A DNA stretch of 22,116 bases from Candidatus Hydrothermarchaeales archaeon (lineage in GTDB: Archaea; Hydrothermarchaeota; Hydrothermarchaeia; Hydrothermarchaeales; JAZGAD01), in assembly GCA_036444275.1 (NCBI GenBank), contig JAZGAD010000057.1, forward strand, positions 1 through 22,116, written 5' to 3'. Positions 1 through 8,782 of this stretch are shown here, one piece after another. Numbering within the stretch: the first letter of the stretch is position 1; the number at the start of each line of letters is the position of its first letter. Made by a program: the position numbers and the translations under genes. A model generated the notes under the pieces. The model was not told the origin of the DNA, did no database searches, and was given only the letters and a program-made list of their open reading frames with translations.

Positions 1-1
1 A

Positions 2-808
2 CCCGTCATGATAAGCGCCACCCCCTTCCAGGAGGACGAAAGCGTCACGAGCATCCTGTTAGTCCTCGTCGACATAACAGAGAGCAAAGCAAGGGAGACG
101 AAGATCAAAGAAGAGATGCTCAAATACCGAGTACAAAATGGGAACGTGTATCTGGTGGAGGAGAAGAGCCTGAGCATGGGAATGGACGTCTTCCAAGACC
201 TCACGGCATGCGGCTGCAGAGGCTTAATCCTCACGAGAACACCCCCCAACACCATCCACGAGAAGTGGAAAACCGATGCCCAAGTCATATGGCTGAGCAA
301 AAGCGAGACAAGCGAACCCACAGTCCCCCCAGAGTTTAGAGACATTGAGAGGTTGATAGAGGACTTCCTGATGAGGGACAGCGTCGTACTACTGGATAGA
401 ATCGACTACTTGATATTCCAAAAGGGCTTCAACGAGTGCCTGAACTTCATCCAACACCTCGCAGAAGTATTCTACCTGAGCAAAGCCATACTCATCATAA
501 CACTAGACCCAGATGTACTTGACGCCAAAGAAATAGCCCTACTAGAAAAAGAAACCATGGAGGTGAAGCCAAAGACAGAGCCACTCTTCCCAGAAAATAC
601 ATTCGAAGTCCTAGAGTACATCTGGGAGCAGAACAGAGAAGGCAAAAAACCCCGTATGCAGCTCGTCCAGAAGATATTCGGGATCAGCAGGCCAACTGCA
701 AGCAAGAAAATAAAAATCCTGAAAAACATGGGAGTAATCACAGACACCAAGATAGGACGCACCAGACTCCTAGAGATCACAGAAAAAGGCAAACTCCACT
801 TCAAATAA
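2..808 (+). CDS. PAS-associated (PAC) / DUF835 / C-terminal winged-HTH signalling protein, 5'-truncated by the window edge
   Basis: The frame is open to the window start. 'SILLVLVDITE' is a PAC end. 'GLILTRTPP..VIWLS..SVVLLDRIDYLIFQKGF' is DUF835-like. The C-terminal 'FGISRPTASKKIKILKNMGVI...LLEITEKG' is wHTH-like. Confidence 0.8.
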   Translation, partial: PVMISATPFQEDESVTSILLVLVDITESKARETKIKEEMLKYRVQNGNVYLVEEKSLSMGMDVFQDLTACGCRGLILTRTPPNTIHEKWKTDAQVIWLSKSETSEPTVPPEFRDIERLIEDFLMRDSVVLLDRIDYLIFQKGFNECLNFIQHLAEVFYLSKAILIITLDPDVLDAKEIALLEKETMEVKPKTEPLFPENTFEVLEYIWEQNREGKKPRMQLVQKIFGISRPTASKKIKILKNMGVITDTKIGRTRLLEITEKGKLHFK

Positions 809-925
809 CAACATACACCTCACGCAAAACAATCAAAAAACACCTACTCGCCATACACCACTATTACGGCCATAAAATAAAAAGAAAGTCTGATAATGGC
901 TTCTAGCGCTTAATCCCTAACATGT

Positions 926-958
926 TTCTATTTTTTAACCTGTTTTTTACGTTTTTTT
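926..958 (+). terminator. Oligo-T tracts, probable archaeal terminator
   Basis: Three T6-T7 runs about 120 nt downstream of the DUF835 gene. Confidence 0.4.
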
Positions 959-1186
959 AGTCTATTTTGATATCCATGTAAAGCCTAGTTAAGTTCAATA
1001 AAAAAAGCCAGAGTGATTGTAAATTATGAATAAAACAAGACACGGTGACAATAGAGGTGAAGATTAAACAATGATATTTCAAGGGCGAAGCATCATCGCG
1101 TGGGGGGGATTGGCACTCCCAGTTCTTGAGTCCTTCCAACAATCCCCCCTTAAAGCTTCTCCCAAATGGGGGAGGGGGTCTTCATT

Positions 1187-1936
1187 ATGATGGAAAGGAT
1201 TAAGACCGGTATACCCAAACTCGACGACAAACTAGGCGGAGGAGTGCCAACGGGAAGGACCCTCTGCTACTACATTGAGCCAGGTGCCGCAGGCGAAGTA
1301 TTCGGGATGCAGACCTTGGCAAGTGCTCTCAAGGAAGGGAGAGAAGGTATTTTCGTGAGCACTCACATGGAACCCAACATAGTTAGAGAACAGTTCAAAG
1401 AATATGGTTGGGGCTTTGAGGGATATGGAGATAGGTTCTTTATCCTAGATGCTTACTCGGGTTTAATGGGATTGAAATCCGATGAGGGATACCTAGTGGA
1501 AAACCCAAACGATATCGACAGCATAAACGATACTATTACCCAGGCCATAGAGGACCTCAGCCCAGGCGGCGTGATTTACGCGTCACTCTCACAAATCATG
1601 GACTTCACCGGAGCTGATATCGAAAAATACGTGAGTGAATGGAACAAACGCATCATGCATAAGAACGCCGTGGGAGTCTACAACTTCACAGCCTGGCCCT
1701 ATCCCAAGGAGATCCTCGCGAAGGCAAAGGAAGAGTTCTTCAACTGCGTCGTCCAACTGAGAAGCATAGGAAATGGTGTACCCCTTGGGCAGTACTACGA
1801 GGTAGCGAAGGCCGATTGGTGCGATGCAGTAGGAGAGCATGTCTTGTTCAGAACGATGAAGCCGGGCGGGGTTAAGACATACGAGCCGACGCTCAAGAAG
1901 GAACGTCTCAAGCTTTTGATAAGTGCGATGGTATAA
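1187..1936 (+). CDS. KaiC/RAD55-family RecA-like ATPase with degenerate Walker A
   Basis: N-terminal 'ERIKTGIPKLDDKLGGGVP' signature. The Walker A position reads 'IEPGAAGEVF' with no GKT. GGAGGGG RBS at 1171-1177 favours ATG 1187/1190 over 1166. Confidence 0.85.
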   Translation: MMERIKTGIPKLDDKLGGGVPTGRTLCYYIEPGAAGEVFGMQTLASALKEGREGIFVSTHMEPNIVREQFKEYGWGFEGYGDRFFILDAYSGLMGLKSDEGYLVENPNDIDSINDTITQAIEDLSPGGVIYASLSQIMDFTGADIEKYVSEWNKRIMHKNAVGVYNFTAWPYPKEILAKAKEEFFNCVVQLRSIGNGVPLGQYYEVAKADWCDAVGEHVLFRTMKPGGVKTYEPTLKKERLKLLISAMV

Positions 1937-2102
1937 AAGTGAACTAAGGCTCCCCCCTTAAACCTTCTATCTCAAATCCCTTTCATTTTTTACGTATTCT
2001 TAACATTTCCTTGACTTATCTTGATATTACTGTAAAGACCCATCTAAGGACAAGCAAAGTAGCAAGCTCTGCTTTGTTGAGAAAAAAAAGGAGGAGTGTG
2101 AC

Positions 2103-2375
2103 ATGAGGTGGGAAGCAAGCGCTAAAGAGGAGGAATCCAGCACGGATTTGGGGATAGGCACCACGGACTTTGGTAAGCCCATACCCCCCAAAGCAAGTGC
2201 CCCAATGATAACTCTAGAGGATATCCCAAGCCTCGGAGAAGCAGAACTGACGAGGCTCCAAGGAACTATCAGCGTACAACTGGCCCAGAAGAGAAGAGAA
2301 CTAGATACAATGCTACAGAATATAGACAATCCAACTAGAGAGATACGTGAACAGCGCGAGCGACGGAATAAATAA
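2103..2375 (+). CDS. Hypothetical protein with C-terminal coiled coil
   Basis: 90-aa ORF with a GGAGGAG RBS just upstream and a charged helical C-terminus. Confidence 0.55.
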   Translation: MRWEASAKEEESSTDLGIGTTDFGKPIPPKASAPMITLEDIPSLGEAELTRLQGTISVQLAQKRRELDTMLQNIDNPTREIREQRERRNK

Positions 2376-2619
2376 GAGACACTAAGCCTACGCAAAGAGC
2401 CGGATATCTGAGGGAACTGTGAGCTTATGAAATTAAAACGGGGTATGAAGATCTACAAGGTATTTGAGGCCGTACTTACCCACACCCACCCATCTATCGT
2501 AAGAGGATACGGCTTCATCTCAATAAAGCAAAATGAGGGGGGACGTCCAGTTCACCAAAGCAACTGCTTGTCCCTGTATATTGTATAAAAGAAATTAATG
2601 GCTGAGGAGGTAGTAATAG

Positions 2620-5289
2620 ATGAATCTAAATGTATTTAAGGATATGAAAATAGGCAAGAAACTACTGCTTGGTTTTATGATACTCGCCTTTTTAGTAGCA
2701 GTAACCGGTGCAATCGGCATCACAAGCCTGAACAGCGTGGGAGGCGCTACAGACGTCATCCTAGACGAAAAAGTACCAGTTGCAGACGCAAGTATGGAGG
2801 CGACGATTGCGGTGATCTCAGGCAGAGACGCCATGGGCGAATACCTACTAACTGAAGATCAAAAAGAACTCGCAGAAATCGAAGCAGAATTCAACGAGTA
2901 TGTCGGCGACTTCGACATGTGGCATGACGCAATCCTATATGGCACTGACAGCACCCAGTTCAAGAGTAGCGCCTCTGGTGCGATGTGGATAAAAGACGGA
3001 CTCCAAGGCAATACTATACTCGCTGTGGCAGCAGACTCAGAGATAGCTACGCTGACAAGAGAAGCCGGTGCATACCACGAAAAATACGCCGACGCTGCAC
3101 TAAACCTAATGGAAGCACAGCAACAGCAAATAGAGGCCAAGCCGAAGGCCGGGGCGAAGATGGAAGAAATGGACGCCGCCGGAGTAAAAATGCTGGAAAA
3201 AGCAACCGCGAAGAGCTTCTCCAACAACGACATGAACCTCATCTGGGAACAACTAATGACAGTGAACGACTACCTGATAACAGGGAGTCAAGAAGAGATC
3301 ACTGCATTCCAAGAAACAAAGGTAGAGGTAGAAGCCCTCCCGAACTACGACGCAATCCAGGCGGAACACACGGAAACCGTCAGACTAGGACAAGAAGCCA
3401 TAGGATACTACGAGGATTATCTCAAGTATACAGCGGCAGGGAACGAGGATGCTGCCCTTGAAGCCAACGTGAAGGCGGGGGAGAAGATGGAAGAAATGGA
3501 CGCCACCGGAGTAAAAATGCTGGAAAAAGCAACCGCGAAGAGCTTCTCCAACAACGACATGAACCTCATCTGGGAACAACTAATGACAGTAAACGACTAC
3601 CTAATAACCGGGAGCCAAGAAGAGATCACTGCATTCCAAGAAACAAAGGTAAAAGTAGAAGCCCTCCCGAACTACGACGCAATCCAGACGGAGCACAAGG
3701 AAACCGTCAAACTAGGACAAGAAGCTATTGACTTTCACCAGGAACACCTCGGATATGTGGCGGAAACAAGAGCCCAGATGGAGCTGGTTGACGAGTACAG
3801 CGTTAAAGCAGACGAGACAATGGACAAGGTAGAGTTAGCCGCAGGAGCCGACATGGACGCAGCAATGATAGCCGCAGATTCAGCGCAGTCCACGGCTAAT
3901 AGACTATTGGTCCTAGCAACTGTAGTAGCTATAGCACTAGGTATCGGGATCGGGATCTTCCTTGCCCGAAGTATTACCAAGCCATTACAGGAACTGGTCG
4001 GCATAGCAGGCTTAATCGCCAAGGGAGATCTAACCCACGATATAGAGGAAAAGGCCACGGACGAGATAGGGCAACTCTCCAATGCCTTCAGGAATATGAC
4101 ACTAAACCTGCGCGACATCGTGGGCAAGGTACAGTATACCGCTGCACACGTAAGTGCTACAAGTGAAGAACTAGCTGCTTCCAGTGAGGAGATGAATGCC
4201 ACAACAGAGGAGGTCTCTTCAGCTGTACAGCAGATCTCCAGTGGTGCTCAGAACCAAGCTGCAACTGTAAGGGATGCTGCTAGTACGATGGAAAACCTCT
4301 CAGCCTCAATACAGCAGGTATCGTCTAGTGCAGAGTCAACGTCTGAAGCTGCAGATCAGGCTAGCAAGACCGCCGAGGAAGGTGGAAAGGCAGCTGAAGA
4401 GGCTGTTAAAAAGATGGACGAGATCCGCAGTGTGGTGGCCGAGTCATCTGAGTCAATCAAGACGCTTGGCGAGAGGTCGAAGGAGATCGGTGATATCGTG
4501 GACTTGATTGACAGCATTGCAGAGCAGACCAATCTACTTGCGCTTAACGCTGCTATTGAGGCGGCGAGGGCAGGTGAGCATGGACGAGGTTTTGCTGTCG
4601 TTGCTGAGGAAGTCCGGAAGCTGGCCGAGGAGTCGAAGTCAGCTACAGAGAATATAGCCAACATAATCAACGAAATACGATCAGAGACAGATAAAGGGGT
4701 GCAGTCTATGGAAGCAGTGACCAAGGAAGTCGACGAGGGAACCGAGGTAGTGAATAAGGCTGGAGAGTCCCTTGCACAGATTATGGACATGGTGCAGAAC
4801 GTGACTAATATGGTCACTGAGATATCAGCTGCGACTGAGGAACAGGCAAGCAGCAGCCAGGAAGTGGTGAAGTCCATAACCGATGTAGCCAGCATAGCCG
4901 AAGAGACTGCTAGCGCGGCTGAGGAATCCTCGGCATCCACCGAGGAGCAGACAGCAAGCATGCAGGAGTTGTCTGCCTCAGCACAGGAGCTCGCTGACAT
5001 GGCGACGGAACTACAGGGGACAGTAAGCCAGTTTAAGATACGGAGAGCAGAAGAGCTAGAGCCTGTTATAGAGCGAAAAGCTGCAGGGCCTGTTAGGGTA
5101 GAGAAACCGGCACAAGTACGGGCACGGAAGATCCAGGAACCAGCAACGCTACAGGGCAATGGAGAAGATGAAGAGCAGATAGATGCCCAAGAAGCTACAG
5201 CGCAGGGCAATGGAGAAGATGAAGAGCCAGTGAAGAAAGTGGTCGGGAAAAAAGTCAAAGCAGTAGTTCGGAGGCAGGCAAAAAAGTAG
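2620..5289 (+). CDS. Methyl-accepting chemotaxis protein (TM - helical sensor - TM - HAMP - MA domain)
   Basis: GAGGAGG RBS, two TM helices, HAMP ('ITKPL...GDLT...DEIGQL') and the hairpin tip '[38 protein letters not shown]'. Confidence 0.97.
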   Translation: MNLNVFKDMKIGKKLLLGFMILAFLVAVTGAIGITSLNSVGGATDVILDEKVPVADASMEATIAVISGRDAMGEYLLTEDQKELAEIEAEFNEYVGDFDMWHDAILYGTDSTQFKSSASGAMWIKDGLQGNTILAVAADSEIATLTREAGAYHEKYADAALNLMEAQQQQIEAKPKAGAKMEEMDAAGVKMLEKATAKSFSNNDMNLIWEQLMTVNDYLITGSQEEITAFQETKVEVEALPNYDAIQAEHTETVRLGQEAIGYYEDYLKYTAAGNEDAALEANVKAGEKMEEMDATGVKMLEKATAKSFSNNDMNLIWEQLMTVNDYLITGSQEEITAFQETKVKVEALPNYDAIQTEHKETVKLGQEAIDFHQEHLGYVAETRAQMELVDEYSVKADETMDKVELAAGADMDAAMIAADSAQSTANRLLVLATVVAIALGIGIGIFLARSITKPLQELVGIAGLIAKGDLTHDIEEKATDEIGQLSNAFRNMTLNLRDIVGKVQYTAAHVSATSEELAASSEEMNATTEEVSSAVQQISSGAQNQAATVRDAASTMENLSASIQQVSSSAESTSEAADQASKTAEEGGKAAEEAVKKMDEIRSVVAESSESIKTLGERSKEIGDIVDLIDSIAEQTNLLALNAAIEAARAGEHGRGFAVVAEEVRKLAEESKSATENIANIINEIRSETDKGVQSMEAVTKEVDEGTEVVNKAGESLAQIMDMVQNVTNMVTEISAATEEQASSSQEVVKSITDVASIAEETASAAEESSASTEEQTASMQELSASAQELADMATELQGTVSQFKIRRAEELEPVIERKAAGPVRVEKPAQVRARKIQEPATLQGNGEDEEQIDAQEATAQGNGEDEEPVKKVVGKKVKAVVRRQAKK
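3145..3729 (+). repeat. Intragenic duplication in the MCP sensor domain (3145-3402 and 3472-3729, period 327 nt)
   Basis: Two 86-aa copies differ at 6 residues; the DNA is near-identical. Confidence 0.95.
5152..5227 (+). repeat. 25-nt perfect direct repeat (QGNGEDEE x2) in the MCP C-terminal tail
   Basis: CAGGGCAATGGAGAAGATGAAGAGC at 5152-5176 and 5203-5227. Confidence 0.9.
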
Positions 5290-5304
5290 GGAGTGGTTGT
5301 CGTA

Positions 5305-5326
5305 TGGGGGGACTCACCTCCCCCCA
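5305..5326 (+). other. GC-rich intergenic stem-loop between MCP and cheW
   Basis: TGGGGGGA-ctcacc-TCCCCCCA, an 8-bp perfect stem. Confidence 0.7.
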
Positions 5327-5360
5327 CACCCACACCAATATTATTTGGAGGTTGTTGTGT

Positions 5361-5861
5361 ATGCATGAAGAAATGTTTGCTACAGATGGTGAGGTCCAGC
5401 TCGTGGTGTTCGATCTTGGCAACGAAGAGTTCGGGGCAGAGATAAGCCAAGTGCGGGAGATTATTAAGATGGCCAAAATTACTAGAATGCCGAGGGCACC
5501 TGAGTTCGTAGATGGGGTGATCAACCTTAGGGGGAAGATCATCACGGTTATAAACCTTAGTAAGAGATTCGACCTGAGCATAGGAGAGCGGGGTGAGGGT
5601 ACGCGCATCGTGGTCATAGAGGTGGGAGACACTACTATGGGCATGGTTGTCGACTCTGTGACCGAGGTCCTGCGCATAGATGCCGCAGACATTGAGCCTC
5701 CATCGTCAGTGATGATGGGTGGTATAGATGCCGCTTATCTGCAGGGCGTAGGTAAACTGGGTGATCGGCTCTTGATCTTGCTGGATCTGGGTAAGATATT
5801 CACAGAGCGAGAACTAACCCAAATCGAGACCGTGACAGAGAAAGGTATGTTAGAAGTCTAA
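5361..5861 (+). CDS. cheW: Chemotaxis coupling protein CheW
   Basis: 'QLVVFDLGNEEFG..VREII...PEFVDGVINLRGKIITVINL...GMVVDSVTEV'. The GGAGG RBS points to ATG 5361 rather than 5304. Confidence 0.95.
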   Translation: MHEEMFATDGEVQLVVFDLGNEEFGAEISQVREIIKMAKITRMPRAPEFVDGVINLRGKIITVINLSKRFDLSIGERGEGTRIVVIEVGDTTMGMVVDSVTEVLRIDAADIEPPSSVMMGGIDAAYLQGVGKLGDRLLILLDLGKIFTERELTQIETVTEKGMLEV

Positions 5862-6272
5862 GAAAAGGCACGAGCATAGCGATAAAGACATGGATAGCAT
5901 CACCGCTATGGCGAGGGTATAGATTGGGTGGCTGTCGTTATTACCCCCTAGAAAGACTTCCACAATGAAAGTAGGAAGGAAGAACTCCGCTTAGCCTTCT
6001 TCTTAGCACAGCCACACGTTTTTCTCCTCGATCCCAAGGACAATGACTCCGGGGTAAATATATCGCATCTATCCAGCTCAGAGGATGAGAGTGGAGAGTT
6101 AGAGGCATGACCAGTGTAATTTTAATCTATCGGAAATTATAATTAAATCTCTCTCTAATTCTGAAACTTTATGCTAAATTAGACTTGAATATTTTTTATC
6201 CAACCGAAGAGATATAAATATTTTAGATATAAGTTTAAGTATAAGTTGAAATGTCCTTAAGGTGACGCGGGG

Positions 6273-6398
6273 GTGAATGTTCTGAGCAGATTGAGCCTGG
6301 GAACCAAGTTCATGTTTATCGTTGGTTTAGTTATAGCAGTGGTTACCTCCTCTATTTTTGTCTGGCAATACAGAGAACGTCTCCCAGATAACAGTTAA
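6273..6398 (+). pseudogene. 41-aa single-TM ORF resembling the truncated N-terminus of a chemoreceptor or sensor
   Basis: AGGTGA RBS (6260-6265) then GTG. The product MNVLSRLSLGTKFMFIVGLVIAVVTSSIFVWQYRERLPDNS resembles MCP/kinase N-termini (compare '[10 protein letters not shown]' in the upstream MCP). Confidence 0.5.
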
Positions 6399-6436
6399 AA
6401 ACGTTATAATAGGAAAAAACACATCAGGGAACTAAC

Positions 6437-8065
6437 ATGAAGAAATTGCTGATACTAGGGATTGTCTTCGTAGTCCTATTTGTCCAGGGTACGTGTGAAG
6501 CCGCCGGCGCAGAAGACTATTCCGGCATGTACTATCTCCACGATGAACTCCCGAGGTTTGGGCAGAACATCGGGAACCTGCACGATGTCGGTGAACTCCG
6601 CAGGTCAAAACCATCCCACCACGATGAGAGGTACTGCTCGAAATGGGTCCAGTTCGATTTCGATGAGCCTGCGCTGAGCGGGGTAAACGCTACCGAGGAG
6701 TTCAATATAACCTCGATTTACTATCACATCTGGTGGAAGACTGTCAGTGGAATCGCCCTCATAGGTTACCAGACCGTTCCCACTTACGACACTACAATGA
6801 AGGATTTTTTTTCCGTGGACTCTAACGGGTCCCGCTCGTACTTGGAAAGCAGTGGGTACTGGCTTACCACTTACAAGCAGGATGCCAACGCAAGTGGGAA
6901 GGATATTCATGATTTCACAATAAAGATCGTCGAAAATGATAACCTCCCCTCGGTAATCTCTGGGCCGGACCACCCATCGTTTATCATCATCAACCCGGAG
7001 GATGACGATGTGCTGAAAAAGACCGACATGGACAACGATACCTTAAGCGATTATGACGAGATGTACGTATATTACACAAACCCCTATGACAAAGATACGG
7101 ATTCTGACGGGCTTTTAGACCCTGAGGAGATAATTGAAGGGAACGACGAGCGGATAACAGACCCGAACAATTTCGACACCGACGACGACGGGCTATTGGA
7201 CGGGGAGGATTCGGACCCGGTAGTAAGCAGGTATAAGAAAGTATACGGTGACTGGATAGTAACTGGGGCAGAAAACGTGTCAGGAGAGTATCTCCAGGTA
7301 GAAGGCAACATCATAGTCCCAGACGGAAGTAGCTTGACCATCACCGACAGCAGTATAAAAATAAACACTCGCAGCGAGCAACACAGGATACTGGTCAAGA
7401 AAGGCGGTACTCTGAATATCTTTAACAGCAAATTAAGGACAGACACTCCAGGGCATTGGTACAGCGCAATGACGAACACAAGTCACTGGCACGGAGAGAC
7501 GAATATCGACATCTTCGGCAAAGCCGTGATAAAAGACAGCACAATAGAATATGGGAGCGAAATCCAATTTGAGAGAGGCAGCGATGTCACGCTGGACAAC
7601 AACGACATACTCTATTACCGATACGGCGTAACAGTCCTTGCCGCCTCCCCGACTATAACAAATAACCGGATAACCCCGTATGTGGGAAACGGCATCCTGT
7701 TATCGCATGCCTCCCCTGTAATAAAAAACAATAATATAACTTCGTATATCGGTTCGGGAATCGTCCTGATAGCTTCGTCTCCAACGATAGTGGGGGGAGT
7801 AATACAAGGCGGCAGCAGCGATTTATATCTGACAGAAGATTCACACCCTGTTTTGGATGGCGTCGCTTTTCATGAAAACAAAAATATAATAATAAAGGAC
7901 GGTCTTTCTTCGGTTGTGTATGCCCAAGAGACTGTCAACACTTCTGAGACCGTCACAGCCCCATCTTCCCCTCCATCAAGTCATTCTCGATTTCCAGCCT
8001 ACACGCCGGCAGTTATCGTTCTGCTGGGAATACTTGCCTTAATCCTAATAAAACGCAAAAGATGA
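6437..8065 (+). CDS. Secreted, C-terminally anchored surface protein with Ca-binding DxDxDG (TSP3-like) repeats and a right-handed parallel beta-helix
   Basis: Signal peptide; repeats 'DMDNDTLSDYDE', 'DTDSDGLLDPEE', 'DTDDDGLLDGED'; beta-helix rungs 'ASPTITNNRI/ASPVIKNNNI'; S/T/P linker, TM helix and KRKR tail. Confidence 0.8.
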   Translation: MKKLLILGIVFVVLFVQGTCEAAGAEDYSGMYYLHDELPRFGQNIGNLHDVGELRRSKPSHHDERYCSKWVQFDFDEPALSGVNATEEFNITSIYYHIWWKTVSGIALIGYQTVPTYDTTMKDFFSVDSNGSRSYLESSGYWLTTYKQDANASGKDIHDFTIKIVENDNLPSVISGPDHPSFIIINPEDDDVLKKTDMDNDTLSDYDEMYVYYTNPYDKDTDSDGLLDPEEIIEGNDERITDPNNFDTDDDGLLDGEDSDPVVSRYKKVYGDWIVTGAENVSGEYLQVEGNIIVPDGSSLTITDSSIKINTRSEQHRILVKKGGTLNIFNSKLRTDTPGHWYSAMTNTSHWHGETNIDIFGKAVIKDSTIEYGSEIQFERGSDVTLDNNDILYYRYGVTVLAASPTITNNRITPYVGNGILLSHASPVIKNNNITSYIGSGIVLIASSPTIVGGVIQGGSSDLYLTEDSHPVLDGVAFHENKNIIIKDGLSSVVYAQETVNTSETVTAPSSPPSSHSRFPAYTPAVIVLLGILALILIKRKR

Positions 8066-8094
8066 TTTAGATTCATCTCTCGCAAGATTAGGGT

Positions 8095-8300
8095 AAAGGC
8101 GGCGAAGGGAGGAGATTCATGTTTACGCTGCCTATCGGATGGGAATAGGAGGCGTAGTAGACCTCCCTCGAAGCTATCCCTTAAATAAGAAGCAGACGAG
8201 GGATATGGCGGAGAGGATCCAGAGGGTATCAGCGAGCACCACATCTGTTGCTGAGATGGTTGAGAATGCCAACAGACTGCCAAAGAGTGCAGTGACTCAG
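8095..8300 (+). pseudogene. Possible degraded chemoreceptor fragment
   Basis: 'DMAERIQRVSASTTSVAEMVENANRL' resembles the MCP methylation helix '[26 protein letters not shown]'. A one-base frameshift would join 'FMFTLPIGW' to 'GIGGVV', a Cache-like GW motif. Confidence 0.35.
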
Positions 8301-8340
8301 GTCTGCTATAGCTGTGAAGAAATTCAAAAAAAACAGACAG

Positions 8341-8592
8341 TCATCTAGTGGCTATTTCTATAAAGAGTACCAAGGATATTATCATTCTAATCTCTATAGG
8401 TATGCCTATCGAGTGCCTTCGTTCAAAGTGATCAGTGAGCCAGTATGCTGAGGCAAGATATATCAAGCTGGCTAGAAGGGTGAATGGATTAAACACCAAT
8501 ACCAATACTAGCGCTATAGTGAAATTTGCTAATATCAAGAAACGTCTAAGAAGTAATGCCCCAAGTTTTCCTACATTCCAATCCCAATTCAT
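8341..8592 (-). CDS. Small multi-pass membrane protein (~83 aa, 2-3 hydrophobic segments)
   Basis: Hydrophobic ORF divergent from the recombinase. Start taken at MNWDW; the frame is open to 8637. Confidence 0.5.
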   Translation of the reverse strand: MNWDWNVGKLGALLLRRFLILANFTIALVLVLVFNPFTLLASLIYLASAYWLTDHFERRHSIGIPIEIRMIISLVLFIEIATR

Positions 8593-8782
8593 TTTCTCTT
8601 GAAGTAAACACATGCTATACAATACGGATATTATCAAAGTATTTACTACAATATTATACTACGTTTAATTATACTAATAAGATAGTTAATTATTACGAAG
8701 TAATAAGTAAGTGTAATACCTATACAAACATCTCTTTGCTTTCGGGCTGGAAAAACCGGTTTATAGGGGGGGCTGATTTGCT

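Noticed and set aside
4356-5450. Long antisense ORFs (also 17485-18099, 18226-18858 and others)
   Set aside because: They are shadows of well-supported plus-strand genes.
5862-6250. Possible gene or ncRNA downstream of cheW
   Set aside because: Only short ORFs and one 7-bp inverted repeat (CATAGCG/CGCTATG) are present; nothing is recognisable.
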